A stretch of 64,000 bases of DNA from Candidatus Binataceae bacterium (GTDB lineage Bacteria; Desulfobacterota; Binatia; Binatales; Binataceae). Under the pieces are notes generated by a model. That model was not told where the DNA came from. It saw only the letters and a list, made by a program, of their open reading frames with translations, and did no database searches. Each line of letters opens with the position of its first letter. The stretch's first letter is position 1. The stretch is from the NCBI GenBank assembly GCA_963798375.1, contig CAWCTG010000007.1:7851-71850 (forward strand), read 5' to 3'. Of the stretch, positions 12,600 to 24,106 are shown one piece after another. Position numbers and translations under genes: made by a program.

Positions 12600-13525
12600 G
12601 TGCAATTTCGCGAAGCATGGATCGCATCGACGCGAAGCATGGATCGCATCGATTCAACCGCGCATCCGATTTCAGGAGCCGCACGCGTATCCCAGCCTCG
12701 CGCCTGGTCAGCGATCCATTCGTACAGTCGCGCCTCATCGATTCTGGCTCGTCGCCGAAGGCCGCGCGCGTAGATGCGGCATTTTTCGGCGAGTACTTCG
12801 ACGACCGAGGTTCGCCGCGCCGGAGAAAGCCTGTTGTCCGCGAGCAATTTTGCAAGCGCGAGAATGCGGAAGCGATCGAGGGCAGGAGTGGTGGCCGAGG
12901 TTTGATCGGGATGCCCGCCGCGGCGTGTCACCAGCGGCTCGTCGAGCAGGCCGGCTTCATGGTCGATAAGAATTCGCAGCCACAGATCGTAGTCTTCGGC
13001 GGCGGTCATGTGCTCGTCGAAGCCGCCGGATGAGCGGAAAAGTTCGGCGCGTATCATCACCGACGACATACCGATCAGGCAGGTGCGGAGCGAGTCGATG
13101 AAAATATCGCCGGCGCGCTTGCGATGGCGGTGACCGGGATTCACGCGCCGCCCGTTGCGGATCCAGATTTCGCCGGTTTGCGAGATCGCGCAGCCGGGGT
13201 TGTCGCGCATGAACGCGAGCTGGCGTTCGAGCTTGGTTGGCGACCAGAGATCGTCGGAATCCAGGAATGCGATCAGCGGCGCGCGCGCCAGGGCGACGCC
13301 GCGGTTTCGCGCCGCGGCGGGACCGCGATGATCGATGCGCTCGATTCGGATCGTTTCGGACATCCGCCTCAAACGTTCGTTTTCGCTGGTTCCGTCGGTC
13401 GAGCCGTCGTCGATGACGATCAACTCGAACGCCGGGGCCGATTGGGCGAGCACGGAAGCGATCGCCTCGAGCAGCATCGCGCATCGATTGTAAGCCGGGA
13501 TAATTACCGAAACTTCGGGAGTCAT
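12596..13525 (-). CDS. glycosyltransferase family 2
   Basis: VSVIIPAYN...LIVIDDGSTDGT N-terminal GT-A signature and a DxD-like motif. Confidence 0.85.
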   Translation of the reverse strand: MTPEVSVIIPAYNRCAMLLEAIASVLAQSAPAFELIVIDDGSTDGTSENERLRRMSETIRIERIDHRGPAAARNRGVALARAPLIAFLDSDDLWSPTKLERQLAFMRDNPGCAISQTGEIWIRNGRRVNPGHRHRKRAGDIFIDSLRTCLIGMSSVMIRAELFRSSGGFDEHMTAAEDYDLWLRILIDHEAGLLDEPLVTRRGGHPDQTSATTPALDRFRILALAKLLADNRLSPARRTSVVEVLAEKCRIYARGLRRRARIDEARLYEWIADQARGWDTRAAPEIGCAVESMRSMLRVDAIHASRNCT

Positions 13526-14121
13526 CGCGCCTCCGCGCGCTTGACGGTGTCGGAGCGATCGAATCCGAGGATTCGGCGGCGCAGCTCATCGATTCCCTCG
13601 CCGGAAGTTGCCGAGCATAAAATCGGGCGCATGCGCATCGAGTCGAAACGTTTGAGCGCGTCGGCGCGCTCGGAGCGGCGCAATTTATCGCACTTGGTCG
13701 CGACCGGAATCACTTCGATGCCGCGATCCGCGGCCATCGCCGCCAGATCGAGTTCGTCGTGCTGAGGACCGCGGCGGCAATCGATCAGAATCGCGATGGC
13801 GGCGAGATTGACGCGCCCGTGGATGTATTCGTGCAGCATGGAAGCGATTTTGGCCGCTTCCTGGTGGCTCATTTTCGCGTAGCCGAAGCCGGGCAGGTCG
13901 CACAGCGCGAGCGTGTCGCCGACCGCGAAGAAGTTGAGGCATCGCGTGCGTCCGGGGGTTTTGCTGGTGCGCGCGAGACCCTTAACTCCGGCGAGCGCGT
14001 TGAGCAACGAACTCTTGCCCACGTTGGAGCGGCCGGCGAGCGCGACCTCGGCGCGCTTCCATCGCGGGCATCCGTCGAGAGCGAATGCAGATGCTACGAA
14101 CTCTGCGGTGAAGCGAATCAT
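13522..14121 (-). CDS. engB: ribosome biogenesis GTPase YsxC/EngB
   Basis: GRSNVGKSSLLNAL (G1) and DLPGFGYA (G3) motifs. 4-nt overlap with the GT2 start. Confidence 0.85.
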   Translation of the reverse strand: MIRFTAEFVASAFALDGCPRWKRAEVALAGRSNVGKSSLLNALAGVKGLARTSKTPGRTRCLNFFAVGDTLALCDLPGFGYAKMSHQEAAKIASMLHEYIHGRVNLAAIAILIDCRRGPQHDELDLAAMAADRGIEVIPVATKCDKLRRSERADALKRFDSMRMRPILCSATSGEGIDELRRRILGFDRSDTVKRAEAR

Positions 14122-14180
14122 GTTGAGCCGCGGTTCAGCCGGCGAGCTCGATGATACTCGCGCGGAAACGGCTGTCGCCG

Positions 14181-14780
14181 TTAGGGTTCGTCGTCACTTG
14201 AGTTGCCCTCGTCGGCAGTCTTGATGTTGAGGGTGCGCTTCAAGGTTTCGAGCTGCGCGACGAAGATGCCGCGAATGACTTGCTTGATGACGCCGTCAGG
14301 GACGGGAAGCGACTGCAGCAGATGCGTGGTTTCGTGGTAGTCGATGAACGTGCTCGCGCCTTCATCGCCGAGCTGGTACACGGCCTGAGTATCGAGCAGC
14401 GGATTGTTGACGGTGTGATAGACGATCTTTTTCTGGTCGGGCAGGTACTCGAACTCGAGCTCGGTGGTAATCGTTTGTCCGCCCGGTCCCGCGATATCCA
14501 TGTCGACGGTCTTTTTATTGCCGCTCTGGGATACGACGCGCACCGCCTTGACCTGATCGTTGTGCGTATTTTCGATGTCGCGAATCGCGGCGAAGACGGT
14601 CTGCTCGGGGGCCGGTATGCGCGCGGTGAAATCGGCCTGCCAGACGTCGCCGTCATGCCCGATGTTCTCGGTGAGCAGGCCGGCCTGCCGCGCGCGATGA
14701 ATTTGATAGTAATGCCATCCCACGATCGCGACGACTGCGAGAACGATCACTCCAGCCAGGATTTTGAGTACCGTCTTCAT
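14181..14780 (-). CDS. hypothetical membrane-anchored protein (possible SRPBCC-like fold)
   Basis: N-terminal TM helix followed by a soluble domain. No confident family assignment. Confidence 0.5.
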   Translation of the reverse strand: MKTVLKILAGVIVLAVVAIVGWHYYQIHRARQAGLLTENIGHDGDVWQADFTARIPAPEQTVFAAIRDIENTHNDQVKAVRVVSQSGNKKTVDMDIAGPGGQTITTELEFEYLPDQKKIVYHTVNNPLLDTQAVYQLGDEGASTFIDYHETTHLLQSLPVPDGVIKQVIRGIFVAQLETLKRTLNIKTADEGNSSDDEP

Positions 14781-14798
14781 CGACGAATCGCCTTCAGC

Positions 14799-15332
14799 TC
14801 ATCGTTCGAATGTGCCGACCAATTCCGCGGTCGCGACGACGTGACCGCTCATCGCGGACTGGATCGCGGCCGCGTCCGCCGGGTCGCCGGGAGTCAACGT
14901 CGAGTCCAGCGCGAAGAGATGAAAATGATAGTGATGCATTTTTCCCGGCGGCGGACACGGTCCATTGTAGCCGATATGCTCGAAGCCGTTGATTCCATTT
15001 GTTCCGCCGTCCGCGATTTTCGCGGTTTGCGGCACGCCTGCCGGCAGCGAAGTTGCGCGAGCCGGAATATTGTACGCCACCCAATGAACAAATGTTCCAC
15101 CGGGGGCGTCAGGATCATCGACGATCAATGCGAATGATTTCGTCGATTGCGGCGCATCGCTCCATGCGAGCGCGGGGGACCGATCGGCGCCAGTACATGC
15201 GTAGTCATCGGCAATTGCGGCTCCGGAAGCGATCGCGGTGCTGGTCAGCCTCAGTTGGGCTTGGGCGGGTTGCGCTTTAGCAAGGCCAAGCAAGGCAAAG
15301 ATTAGAAAAATTGAAATTTGGACATTTGGCAT
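14799..15332 (-). CDS. YbhB/YbcL family Raf-kinase-inhibitor-like (PEBP) protein
   Basis: Signal peptide plus DDPDAP...HWVAYNIP...YHFHLFALD PEBP motifs. Confidence 0.85.
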   Translation of the reverse strand: MPNVQISIFLIFALLGLAKAQPAQAQLRLTSTAIASGAAIADDYACTGADRSPALAWSDAPQSTKSFALIVDDPDAPGGTFVHWVAYNIPARATSLPAGVPQTAKIADGGTNGINGFEHIGYNGPCPPPGKMHHYHFHLFALDSTLTPGDPADAAAIQSAMSGHVVATAELVGTFER

Positions 15333-15627
15333 GCTTATGACATCATTTCAAGGCGCTTGCAGGCATGGTTTAGAGTATTGACAGGCATTTTGTTATCGAA
15401 ATCTCTGCAAGAATAGCTGGCTTCACATGCAATAAGGGAGTGGAACGCGAAAAGTACCAGAAATCCCCTTAGGCTGCTCTTGACAGCCAGTGATGATTAT
15501 GACACGCTCAAACAAGCTCATAGTGGACGTAACGGGCGGATGAATCATTTGATCGATGTGATCGATGCGAAAAAAGGCATCAAATCCAGGCAGTAGGCGA
15601 CAGACGGGGATGTTGCCGGGGAATATC

Positions 15628-15852
15628 ATGGCTAGTGAAACCAAGTATAGCTTGCCGCGCGTGATGACGGTCAAGGAATTGTCCGAATATCTGCGCGTGC
15701 ATCCATCGACTATCTACAAGCTGCTTCGTCGCGGAGAGCTGCCGGGCTTTCGGATCGGCACCGATTGGCGTTTCAACGCCGAGGTGATCGACCGTTGGTG
15801 TCTGGAGCGAAACATGAAAGCTCCGGACGGCGGCACCTCCAGCCAGAACTGA
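15628..15852 (+). CDS. excisionase-family helix-turn-helix DNA-binding protein (paralogue of the gene at 40199)
   Basis: MTVKELSEYLRVHPSTIYKLLRRGELPGFRIGTDWRF is the excisionase/MerR-like HTH. About 70% identical to the ORF at 40199. Preceded by a roughly 300-nt AT-rich leader. Confidence 0.7.
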   Translation: MASETKYSLPRVMTVKELSEYLRVHPSTIYKLLRRGELPGFRIGTDWRFNAEVIDRWCLERNMKAPDGGTSSQN

Positions 15853-16090
15853 CGCGCGCGATCGTCGAGTCGCGCGCGCCCGGCGCCAGCCGGGACGCGA
15901 ATGCGGAGCAGTCTCCGTCGCCGCACAGACGCGCTTCATATCTCGCACTGGGCGCCTCGCGCTTGACCCAGGCACCGCAGTGCCTCACCTACCGATCGTT
16001 CAGATGATATCGCCAGTTCGCAAGGCGCTGGCTCCGCAGCGGCGCCCGGACGCGCGGCGCTCAGCTGAATCAGCGGAACAATGTTCGTGA

Positions 16091-16126
16091 AGCAGGGGCG
16101 GTCATCAACCGCCCCTGCTTTTTTAT
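16091..16126 (+). terminator. rho-independent terminator hairpin (AGCAGGGGCGGT-loop-ACCGCCCCTGCT + TTTTTTA)
   Basis: A 12-bp GC-rich stem followed by a T6 run on the + strand, downstream of the HTH gene. Confidence 0.55.
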
Positions 16127-16902
16127 CTTCGGGAGCCGGGGGCGCGACGCGGATCGACGATCTGGCGGCCAGTCGGGCGAATCTCCAGCGCGCATCCGAA
16201 CAGCGAATCGTCGCGCACGAGGCTGACGACTGCGTCGGCGATTTCCTCGGGCTGAATCATCTTCGCCGGCGTCCAAGCTCTCGCCAAAAAACCAAGTTTC
16301 GTGGCCGCCTCGAGTCCCTTGCGCACCATCGGAGTATCGACGATTCCCGGGCAGACGCAGTTGACGCGGATCTTCCGTTCCGCTTCCCAGAACGCCAGGG
16401 AATGCGTGAAGTTCACAACGCCGCCCTTGGCCGCACCATAAACTGCGTCCTGGCGATGCGGATACAAGCCGGCCATCGAGGCCGTGTTGATGATGACGCC
16501 GCCGCCGTTGTTTTGCATCAGCGGAGCCGCGAGGCCGGTGCCGAGAATGACCGCCTGCAGATCGATCTCGATCACCAGGTGCCATCGCTCAGGCGGTGCT
16601 TCGGGAAAGCCGGGCGCGCCGACGCCGATGCCGGCGTTGTTGTGCAGGATGTCGAGGCGGCCGAACTTGGAGACCGCGGTGTCGAGCATCCGGCGAGCAT
16701 CCTCGAGCCTGGTGACGTCCGCCTTCACAAAAACGGCACGCCCGCCGGCGCTCTCGATTCGCTTGACGGTTTCGGCGCCACCGGCTTCGTCGAGATCGGC
16801 GACCACGATCGCGGCGCCTTCTTTCGCCAGTCGCTCCGCGGTTGCACGCCCGATCCCCGATGAGCCGCCGGTGATGACGCCGACCGTTCCCTTTATTTCC
16901 AT
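16123..16902 (-). CDS. SDR family short-chain dehydrogenase/reductase
   Basis: TGGSSGIGRA Rossmann motif and NNAG, YxxxK region. Confidence 0.85.
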   Translation of the reverse strand: MEIKGTVGVITGGSSGIGRATAERLAKEGAAIVVADLDEAGGAETVKRIESAGGRAVFVKADVTRLEDARRMLDTAVSKFGRLDILHNNAGIGVGAPGFPEAPPERWHLVIEIDLQAVILGTGLAAPLMQNNGGGVIINTASMAGLYPHRQDAVYGAAKGGVVNFTHSLAFWEAERKIRVNCVCPGIVDTPMVRKGLEAATKLGFLARAWTPAKMIQPEEIADAVVSLVRDDSLFGCALEIRPTGRQIVDPRRAPGSRR

Positions 16903-16935
16903 TGCGCGATCCTCCGTCCGAATACTAATCGAACA

Positions 16936-17325
16936 CTAACCGACACTCCCTACCAGCACGCCGACGATCAACCCCGCGAGCACGTAGGCCGTAAGCGCAA
17001 CATACGTGTAGTCGCGTTCCCGGATGAAGAGGATGAAGCAGAACGCGACGCGCGCGAGCGGGACCAACGTCAGCACGAACAGCCCGATCGTCAGAACCGC
17101 ATGCGGATTGCCTTGCCGAACCCGGTCAAACAACAGGTCGAATTTTTCCTTGCCGATCAGGTGACCCTGCTGCACCGCCTGGTAGCGCTCGACATAGTAG
17201 TCCGGGGCGAAGGTGTAGGTCATGACGAGTCCGGCGCCGAGTACGACCATCGCGGCGATCAGAATCGACCGTAGCAGAATCGGCGTCCATACTCTGAGTA
17301 TCCGGTCTTCTTCCTGCTTCGGCAT
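16936..17325 (-). CDS. DUF1634 membrane protein
   Basis: Small 3-4 TM protein immediately upstream of a TauE/SafE gene. This pairing is characteristic of DUF1634. Confidence 0.65.
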   Translation of the reverse strand: MPKQEEDRILRVWTPILLRSILIAAMVVLGAGLVMTYTFAPDYYVERYQAVQQGHLIGKEKFDLLFDRVRQGNPHAVLTIGLFVLTLVPLARVAFCFILFIRERDYTYVALTAYVLAGLIVGVLVGSVG

Positions 17326-17328
17326 CGC

Positions 17329-18156
17329 TTAGATCCCCGACAATGCGCGCCATCCCATCTCGGCCGCGATCAACAGAAGAATTATCACGAATACGGTCCG
17401 GAGCGACTCGACCTTGAGATGCGGCAGGACGCGGCTGCCGGCGAGCGCGCCGGCCGTGACTCCAATCGCCACCGGCGCAGCGATGGTGGTGGCAACGTCG
17501 CCGCGCGCGAGGAACACGAGCGCGCCGGCGCCGGCGGTGACGCCAATCATGAAGTTGCTGGTCGCGCTCGAAACCTTGAGCGGCAGGTGCATGATGTAGT
17601 CCATCGCCATCACCTTGAGCGCGCCCGACCCAATTCCGAGCAGCCCCGACATGAGGCCCGCGACGACCATGAGCGCGCCGCCCTGCGGTACTTTCACGAC
17701 TTCATAATGGACCAGGTTGCCGCTGAGGTCGGGCACTTCGCCTGCGAGTTCGAGGTGCTCGGCGAGCGGGTCGCCCTTGGTGAGGATGTCGTCGCCGCGC
17801 TTGGTCACCGTGAAGTATGCCGACTGGAGCATCATGGCGGCGAAGAGCAATTCGAGCACCACGGTCGGCACGACGCCGGCGAGATAGGCGCCGATCACGG
17901 CGCCGGTGACCGTCGCGCACTCCAGCACCATCGCGACTTTCAGGTTGGTCCATCCGTCGCGCACGAATGCGACGCTGGCTCCGGCGCTGGTCGCGACGAC
18001 GGAGATCAGGCTCGCGCCAACCGCAACCTTCATCGGCATGTGCGCCACGATGACCAGCGCAGGCACGATGAAGACCCCGCCGCCAAGGCCCGAGATCGCG
18101 CCGATGAATCCGGCTCCGACTGCAAGCGCTAACAGGTCGATGAGGATTTCGAGCAA
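17329..18156 (-). CDS. sulfite exporter TauE/SafE family protein
   Basis: Polytopic membrane protein with the repeated GxGGG-type TauE motifs (GLGGGVFIVPAL). Confidence 0.8.
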   Translation of the reverse strand: MLEILIDLLALAVGAGFIGAISGLGGGVFIVPALVIVAHMPMKVAVGASLISVVATSAGASVAFVRDGWTNLKVAMVLECATVTGAVIGAYLAGVVPTVVLELLFAAMMLQSAYFTVTKRGDDILTKGDPLAEHLELAGEVPDLSGNLVHYEVVKVPQGGALMVVAGLMSGLLGIGSGALKVMAMDYIMHLPLKVSSATSNFMIGVTAGAGALVFLARGDVATTIAAPVAIGVTAGALAGSRVLPHLKVESLRTVFVIILLLIAAEMGWRALSGI

Positions 18157-18267
18157 GAACAGGCTCCGGGTGCAGGTTCAGAGTTGAGGTTCAAATGATT
18201 GGCTCGGGCATTTCGCGCAATCGTAGTTTGGTTCGAATGAGAAAGACAGACGCGGAACGAAGATGGA

Positions 18268-19077
18268 CTATACGGGACGGGGATTGAGAATTTCAAACGT
18301 GCGCCGGGGACTGTTGCGCAGTCCACGCTCGATGTCGTCGGTAATCTCGCGCACGGCGCGGATCGGCTCGTCAGCGCGCCAGATGGGACTGCCGACGACG
18401 ACGTAGTCGGCGCCCGCGCGGATCGCATCGGCGGCGCTGATCGCATGCGAGGCCGGGAAGGCTGCCTCGCGCAGCCGCACGCCCGACGTCACGATAATGA
18501 ATCGGCGTCCGCAAGTGTTGCGCACGCGCGGAACTTCATGCGGCCAGGTGACGACGCCATCGAGCGAGGCTCCCGCGGCGAAGCGCGCGATCTCTGCGAC
18601 CCGGTCGGGCGATCCAGGCGAGCGCGGGCTTGAATTCGCGGACTTCAGTTCCGCGAGCATCGCGACCGCCAGAATACTCGGCCGCCGAAGCCCCTCGGTC
18701 CGGCAAATGCGCGCGACCTCGGCTCGCGTCCGGGTCATCATCTCGGTCGAGCCGCAGGTTGAACCGTACGGGTGGATGTCGAACATCTTGACGCCCAGCC
18801 GCGTCGCCTCGACGGCGGCGCGCAGCACCTTTTGCGGGCTGTCGTGGAATTTGAGGTCGAGAAAAACTTCGGCGCCGCGCCGGCGAATCTCGCGAATGAA
18901 ATCAGGGCCGCCACCGATGAACAGCGCGCGCCCGACTTTGAACATCCCGACCACTCGTGCCAGCCGGTCCACCAGCTTGAGCGCGCCATCCCGGTCGCGC
19001 AGGTCGAGCGACACGATCAACCGCTCGCGCAGCGCTCCTTGTCGTATCAGACCTGAAAATGGCCAGTACTGGGTCAT
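18268..19077 (-). CDS. pyrF: orotidine 5'-phosphate decarboxylase
   Basis: LIVSLDL...FLDLKFHD...MFDIHPYG motifs typical of OMP decarboxylase. Confidence 0.85.
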   Translation of the reverse strand: MTQYWPFSGLIRQGALRERLIVSLDLRDRDGALKLVDRLARVVGMFKVGRALFIGGGPDFIREIRRRGAEVFLDLKFHDSPQKVLRAAVEATRLGVKMFDIHPYGSTCGSTEMMTRTRAEVARICRTEGLRRPSILAVAMLAELKSANSSPRSPGSPDRVAEIARFAAGASLDGVVTWPHEVPRVRNTCGRRFIIVTSGVRLREAAFPASHAISAADAIRAGADYVVVGSPIWRADEPIRAVREITDDIERGLRNSPRRTFEILNPRPV

Positions 19078-19495
19078 CGAACCCCTTCATCGCGGGCCAT
19101 CCAGCCGGCTTGCTTCAAGAAAATATGCCGATCACCGTCTATGTCAAGGAACCAAGGATGTTGCGTGGCAGGTCGGACTGGATGCAGTGCGGAGACTGCA
19201 TCGTTGCGACTGCATTCAGCCGCCGCGCACGTGCGGGTGATGGTTGGAATCCGCACGAATAGCCGGCTTTTCGCGCAATCGTGCGTCGGCATCGGCCTTG
19301 CACTTAATGTCAGGACGAGGTCAGGACGAGCAAATGGCAGCGATTGTCTTAGTTCCGGCGACTACGATAGGTCAATTATACGGACCGGCATTTCCGGCCC
19401 CAGGTGAGCCAAAATGTGGGGCATCTTTTTAATAGCGTTAATCATTTACGCCGTCGTGCAACATCGAAAGCGCAACCGCCTGCGCTGGATGAAAT

Positions 19496-20922
19496 ATGGC
19501 GACTGGTCGAAGCGGACTGGGGAAGCACGACTGGTCGAAGCGGGCGCATCGTGACTGGTCGAAGTGGACGGCAGACGCCAAGGCCTCGACGACGGCGTCC
19601 GCGGAGCGTTTCGCAAACGATCTTCATTCCAAGATAAAGCGCGAGTTCGATACCAAGATGGCGCGCAAGTTCGAGGCCAAGGCCGAGCGATTCGAGCGCA
19701 AGCTGCGGGCGCGATTCGATCGCCAGACGCAGAAATACAGCGGCGTCAGCCTGGATCCGGCCAATGATTTGCCGCCGCCACCGCAGTTCAAGAACGACGC
19801 CGAGCGCCAGACCTACGAGCGCGCGCGCAAACGCGCGCAGGCCGAGGCGGGCTTCTTCGTGCACCTGATGTGGTACGGCATCATCATCGGCTTCCTGTTC
19901 ATCATCAATCTGATGACGGGCGGGTTCGGCGGATATCCGTGGTTCCTGTGGCCGGCGCTCGGCTGGGGATTTGGAATCGCGAGCCACTTTGCGGCGGTGT
20001 ACGGCTGGCGATGGGTTCATCAGCGGGTTTTCGATCCCGCGATCGCACGCGAAGTTCAGCGCGAAGTTTTGCAGGAGAAGGAGCAACTGCGCACCGAGAA
20101 GCAGGCGTCGCTGGACGAGTTGACCGCGACCTTCGCCCACGAAATCCGAAATCCGATCGCGGCGGCGAAGAGCCTGGTGCAGCAGATGGGCGAGGATCCG
20201 ACCTCGCACGAGAACGTCGAATACGCCAAGGTTGCGCTCGACGAGCTTGCACGTGTCGAGCGCAGCGTGTCGCATCTGCTCAAATACGCGAAAGAAGAAG
20301 ACTACAAGTTCGAAAACGTAAATCTCGCGTCGGTGCTCGACGGCGCGCTGACCCAGATGCGCAGCAAGCTGGAGGCAAACTCGGTGGCGGTGTCGCGCGC
20401 ATACCTGAGCGGTCCGACCGTGCGCGCCGACGCCGACAAGCTGCGGCATGTTTTTTCCAACATCATCGACAACGCCATCGACGCGATGGAATCAACGAGC
20501 GGCGAGCGCCGGCTCGAGTTCGCGATACAGAACAATGGCGAGGGAATGGCGGCGGTCAGAATTCGCGACAACGGCTGCGGAATTGCGGACGACAAGATCG
20601 CGAAGATTTTCAATCCGTTCTACACCTCGAAGACCAACGGCACCGGGCTTGGGCTGGGCGTCGCGAAAAAAGTGATCGACGCGCATCGCGGAACGATCGA
20701 GGTGCAAAGCAAAGTGGGCAATGGAACCGAATTCGTGCTGGCGATTCCGCTCAGCGACGCGGTGCGCGATAGCGCCGATTCATCGATCGAATCGTCCACC
20801 GACGCGGGCGGAGAAGCTGCCAAAGAACCGGCGCCGGGAAACAACGGTGGCAGCGCGGTCACCGCGCCGATCGTCCCGCTGGCAGCCGGCGCGCCGCCGA
20901 CCGAGAGCTCGAGGGCACGCAA

Positions 20923-20926
<4 letters not shown>
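19496..20926 (+). CDS. sensor histidine kinase with 2TM domain (start uncertain)
   Basis: The N-terminus has DWSK repeats and a charged region. A 2TM segment ([14 protein letters not shown]...[14 protein letters not shown]) follows, then the H-box FAHEIRNP and HATPase motifs (DNGCGI, GTGLGL). Confidence 0.75.
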
Positions 20927-22377
<1,451 letters not shown>

Positions 22378-22405
22378 TTTCGCGCAGATACGGAGACGGT
22401 AAGCG

Positions 22406-22888
22406 ATGAACTCCACCGAACCTCAGTCCCCGAGCACTGCGCTCTCGACGACGAAGATTCATCCTCCGCTGCTGGCGGGTGCGCTGGTGCTGGGCACGCT
22501 GGTGCTGCACTTCATCCTGCCCGAAGAGCGCACGGTGGGATGGTATCAGGTGATCGGCCTGCTGGTCGTTGCGGCCGGCGAGGGAGTGTCGTGTTTCGCG
22601 GCCGCGATTTTTCAGGCCCGCGACACGACCAGGAAGCCGTGGGGCGAGCCGACCGCGTTCGTCGCGCAGGCGCCATATACCTGGACGCGAAACCCCATGT
22701 ACCTGGGCCTCGCGACCGCGTTGTTCGGATTGGCGATCTTCTTCGGTTCGATCGCGATGCTACTGGCGCCGGCAGTGTTCTTTGCGGTAATCGATCGGAT
22801 GGTAATTCCCCGCGAGGAGGAGACGATGGAGCGGCTCTTCGGCAACGATTACGTCGATTACAAGAATCGGGTCAGACGTTGGATCTGA
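22406..22888 (+). CDS. isoprenylcysteine carboxyl methyltransferase (ICMT) family / phospholipid methyltransferase
   Basis: Membrane protein with RNPMYLG...EE...L motif characteristic of the ICMT/PEMT family. Confidence 0.75.
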   Translation: MNSTEPQSPSTALSTTKIHPPLLAGALVLGTLVLHFILPEERTVGWYQVIGLLVVAAGEGVSCFAAAIFQARDTTRKPWGEPTAFVAQAPYTWTRNPMYLGLATALFGLAIFFGSIAMLLAPAVFFAVIDRMVIPREEETMERLFGNDYVDYKNRVRRWI

Positions 22889-22947
22889 AACTTTAACAAC
22901 AGCGGCTACGCGAGCGAATCGCGCTCGGGGCCGAAAGGAGAACGAAA

Positions 22948-23688
22948 GTGCTGTCAAGATTATTCAAATTGATCGGAGGCAAGTTCAGCCGCTGGATTAA
23001 AGCGCGCGAGGCGCGTGACCCCGAAGCGGTATACGAGTCCGCAATCTCGGATCGGGTGCGGCGCTATCATCAGCTGAAGACCGCCGCGGCCGGCGTCATC
23101 TACATGCGCAACAAGCTCGAGCGCGAGCTGCGTGAAAAGCTTGCCGAGATGAAGGAAGTCGATGAAGAAGCGGGGCAGGCCGCCGATATGAACGAGGATC
23201 AATGCGCGCTGATTCTGATTCAGCGCAAGCACGTCCTCGACGGCGATTGCACGCGGCTGCGCGAAGAGCTCGGCGAACTGACTTCGGAAGCCGAGGACGC
23301 GAAGAAGAATTTGATCGCGTTCAAGGGCGAGATCGAGAAGCTCAAGGTCGAAAAGGTGCGAATGATCGCGCGGCTGAAGAACGCGCAGGCGCGGGTGCGA
23401 ATCCAGCGTGCGCTCGAGGAGATTTCGTACGACGACGATGTCCGCGCGCTCGAAGAAGTGCGCGAGTCGATTCAGCGGATGCTCGCGCAGGCGGGCGTCA
23501 ATCACGAAATCGCCGGCTCCGAACTCGGCGACAAGCTCGAGGCGATCCGTCAGCGCAACGCCGAGGCCAAGGCCGAGGCCGAGCTTGCGGACTTGAAGCG
23601 CAAGCGCCGCCCGCCACTGGCGCCGATGGACATTTTCACGGCCGCAGCCAACGCAGCCGCCAACGGCGACGTGAAGCACGCGAGCTGA
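22948..23688 (+). CDS. pspA: PspA/IM30 family protein (phage shock protein A-like)
   Basis: The N-terminus MLSRLFKLIGGKFSRWIKAREARDPEAVYESAI and long coiled-coil composition match PspA/Vipp1. Confidence 0.8.
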   Translation: MLSRLFKLIGGKFSRWIKAREARDPEAVYESAISDRVRRYHQLKTAAAGVIYMRNKLERELREKLAEMKEVDEEAGQAADMNEDQCALILIQRKHVLDGDCTRLREELGELTSEAEDAKKNLIAFKGEIEKLKVEKVRMIARLKNAQARVRIQRALEEISYDDDVRALEEVRESIQRMLAQAGVNHEIAGSELGDKLEAIRQRNAEAKAEAELADLKRKRRPPLAPMDIFTAAANAAANGDVKHAS

Positions 23689-23689
23689 A

Positions 23690-24070
23690 ATGAAAACGCG
23701 AGCAATGCGGGCCGTGATCGTTGCACTCGGATTGAGCGCGCTGATTGCTGGCGCGGGATGCGCTCCGCGGCCTCATCCTGCGCCGCCGCCGGGCGGACCG
23801 GGCCCGGCGTCTCATGAATCGCGCGATATATGGGCAAACAGCATTTTTGGTCCAGCCACTGTGACGGCGATGACCAATCTCTGCGCCGGACGCGTGCGAC
23901 TCGCCCAAGGTGCCGCGACCGTCAACGACATGTGCTTCACCGGCGACACCAATGTCGTGCTGTGCACCGACGCTTCGTCGGCTAGCGCGATTCAATGCAC
24001 CGCAGGGAATGGGAAGCTCGCGGTGGCCGGGACTGGGAGCGATCTGATCAACTATGCGCGCGTCAGATGA
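23690..24070 (+). CDS. hypothetical lipoprotein
   Basis: Signal peptide with lipobox LIAGAGC. Cys-rich mature part. No family assigned. Confidence 0.5.
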   Translation: MKTRAMRAVIVALGLSALIAGAGCAPRPHPAPPPGGPGPASHESRDIWANSIFGPATVTAMTNLCAGRVRLAQGAATVNDMCFTGDTNVVLCTDASSASAIQCTAGNGKLAVAGTGSDLINYARVR

Positions 24071-24106
24071 CGCCGCGAGCGCGGGAAACTCGCGCCGCCT
24101 TTTGCG

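Noticed and set aside
18187-18240. Two T-loop-like motifs (GGTTCAAATGA, GGTTCGAATGA) suggesting a tRNA
   Set aside because: No pairing T-stem, acceptor stem or anticodon arm could be built around them. Rejected as a tRNA.
19496-19560. Tandem direct nucleotide repeats (GACTGGTCGAAG x3)
   Set aside because: They lie inside the kinase N-terminal coding region and encode a DWSK peptide repeat. They are not a CRISPR or non-coding repeat array.
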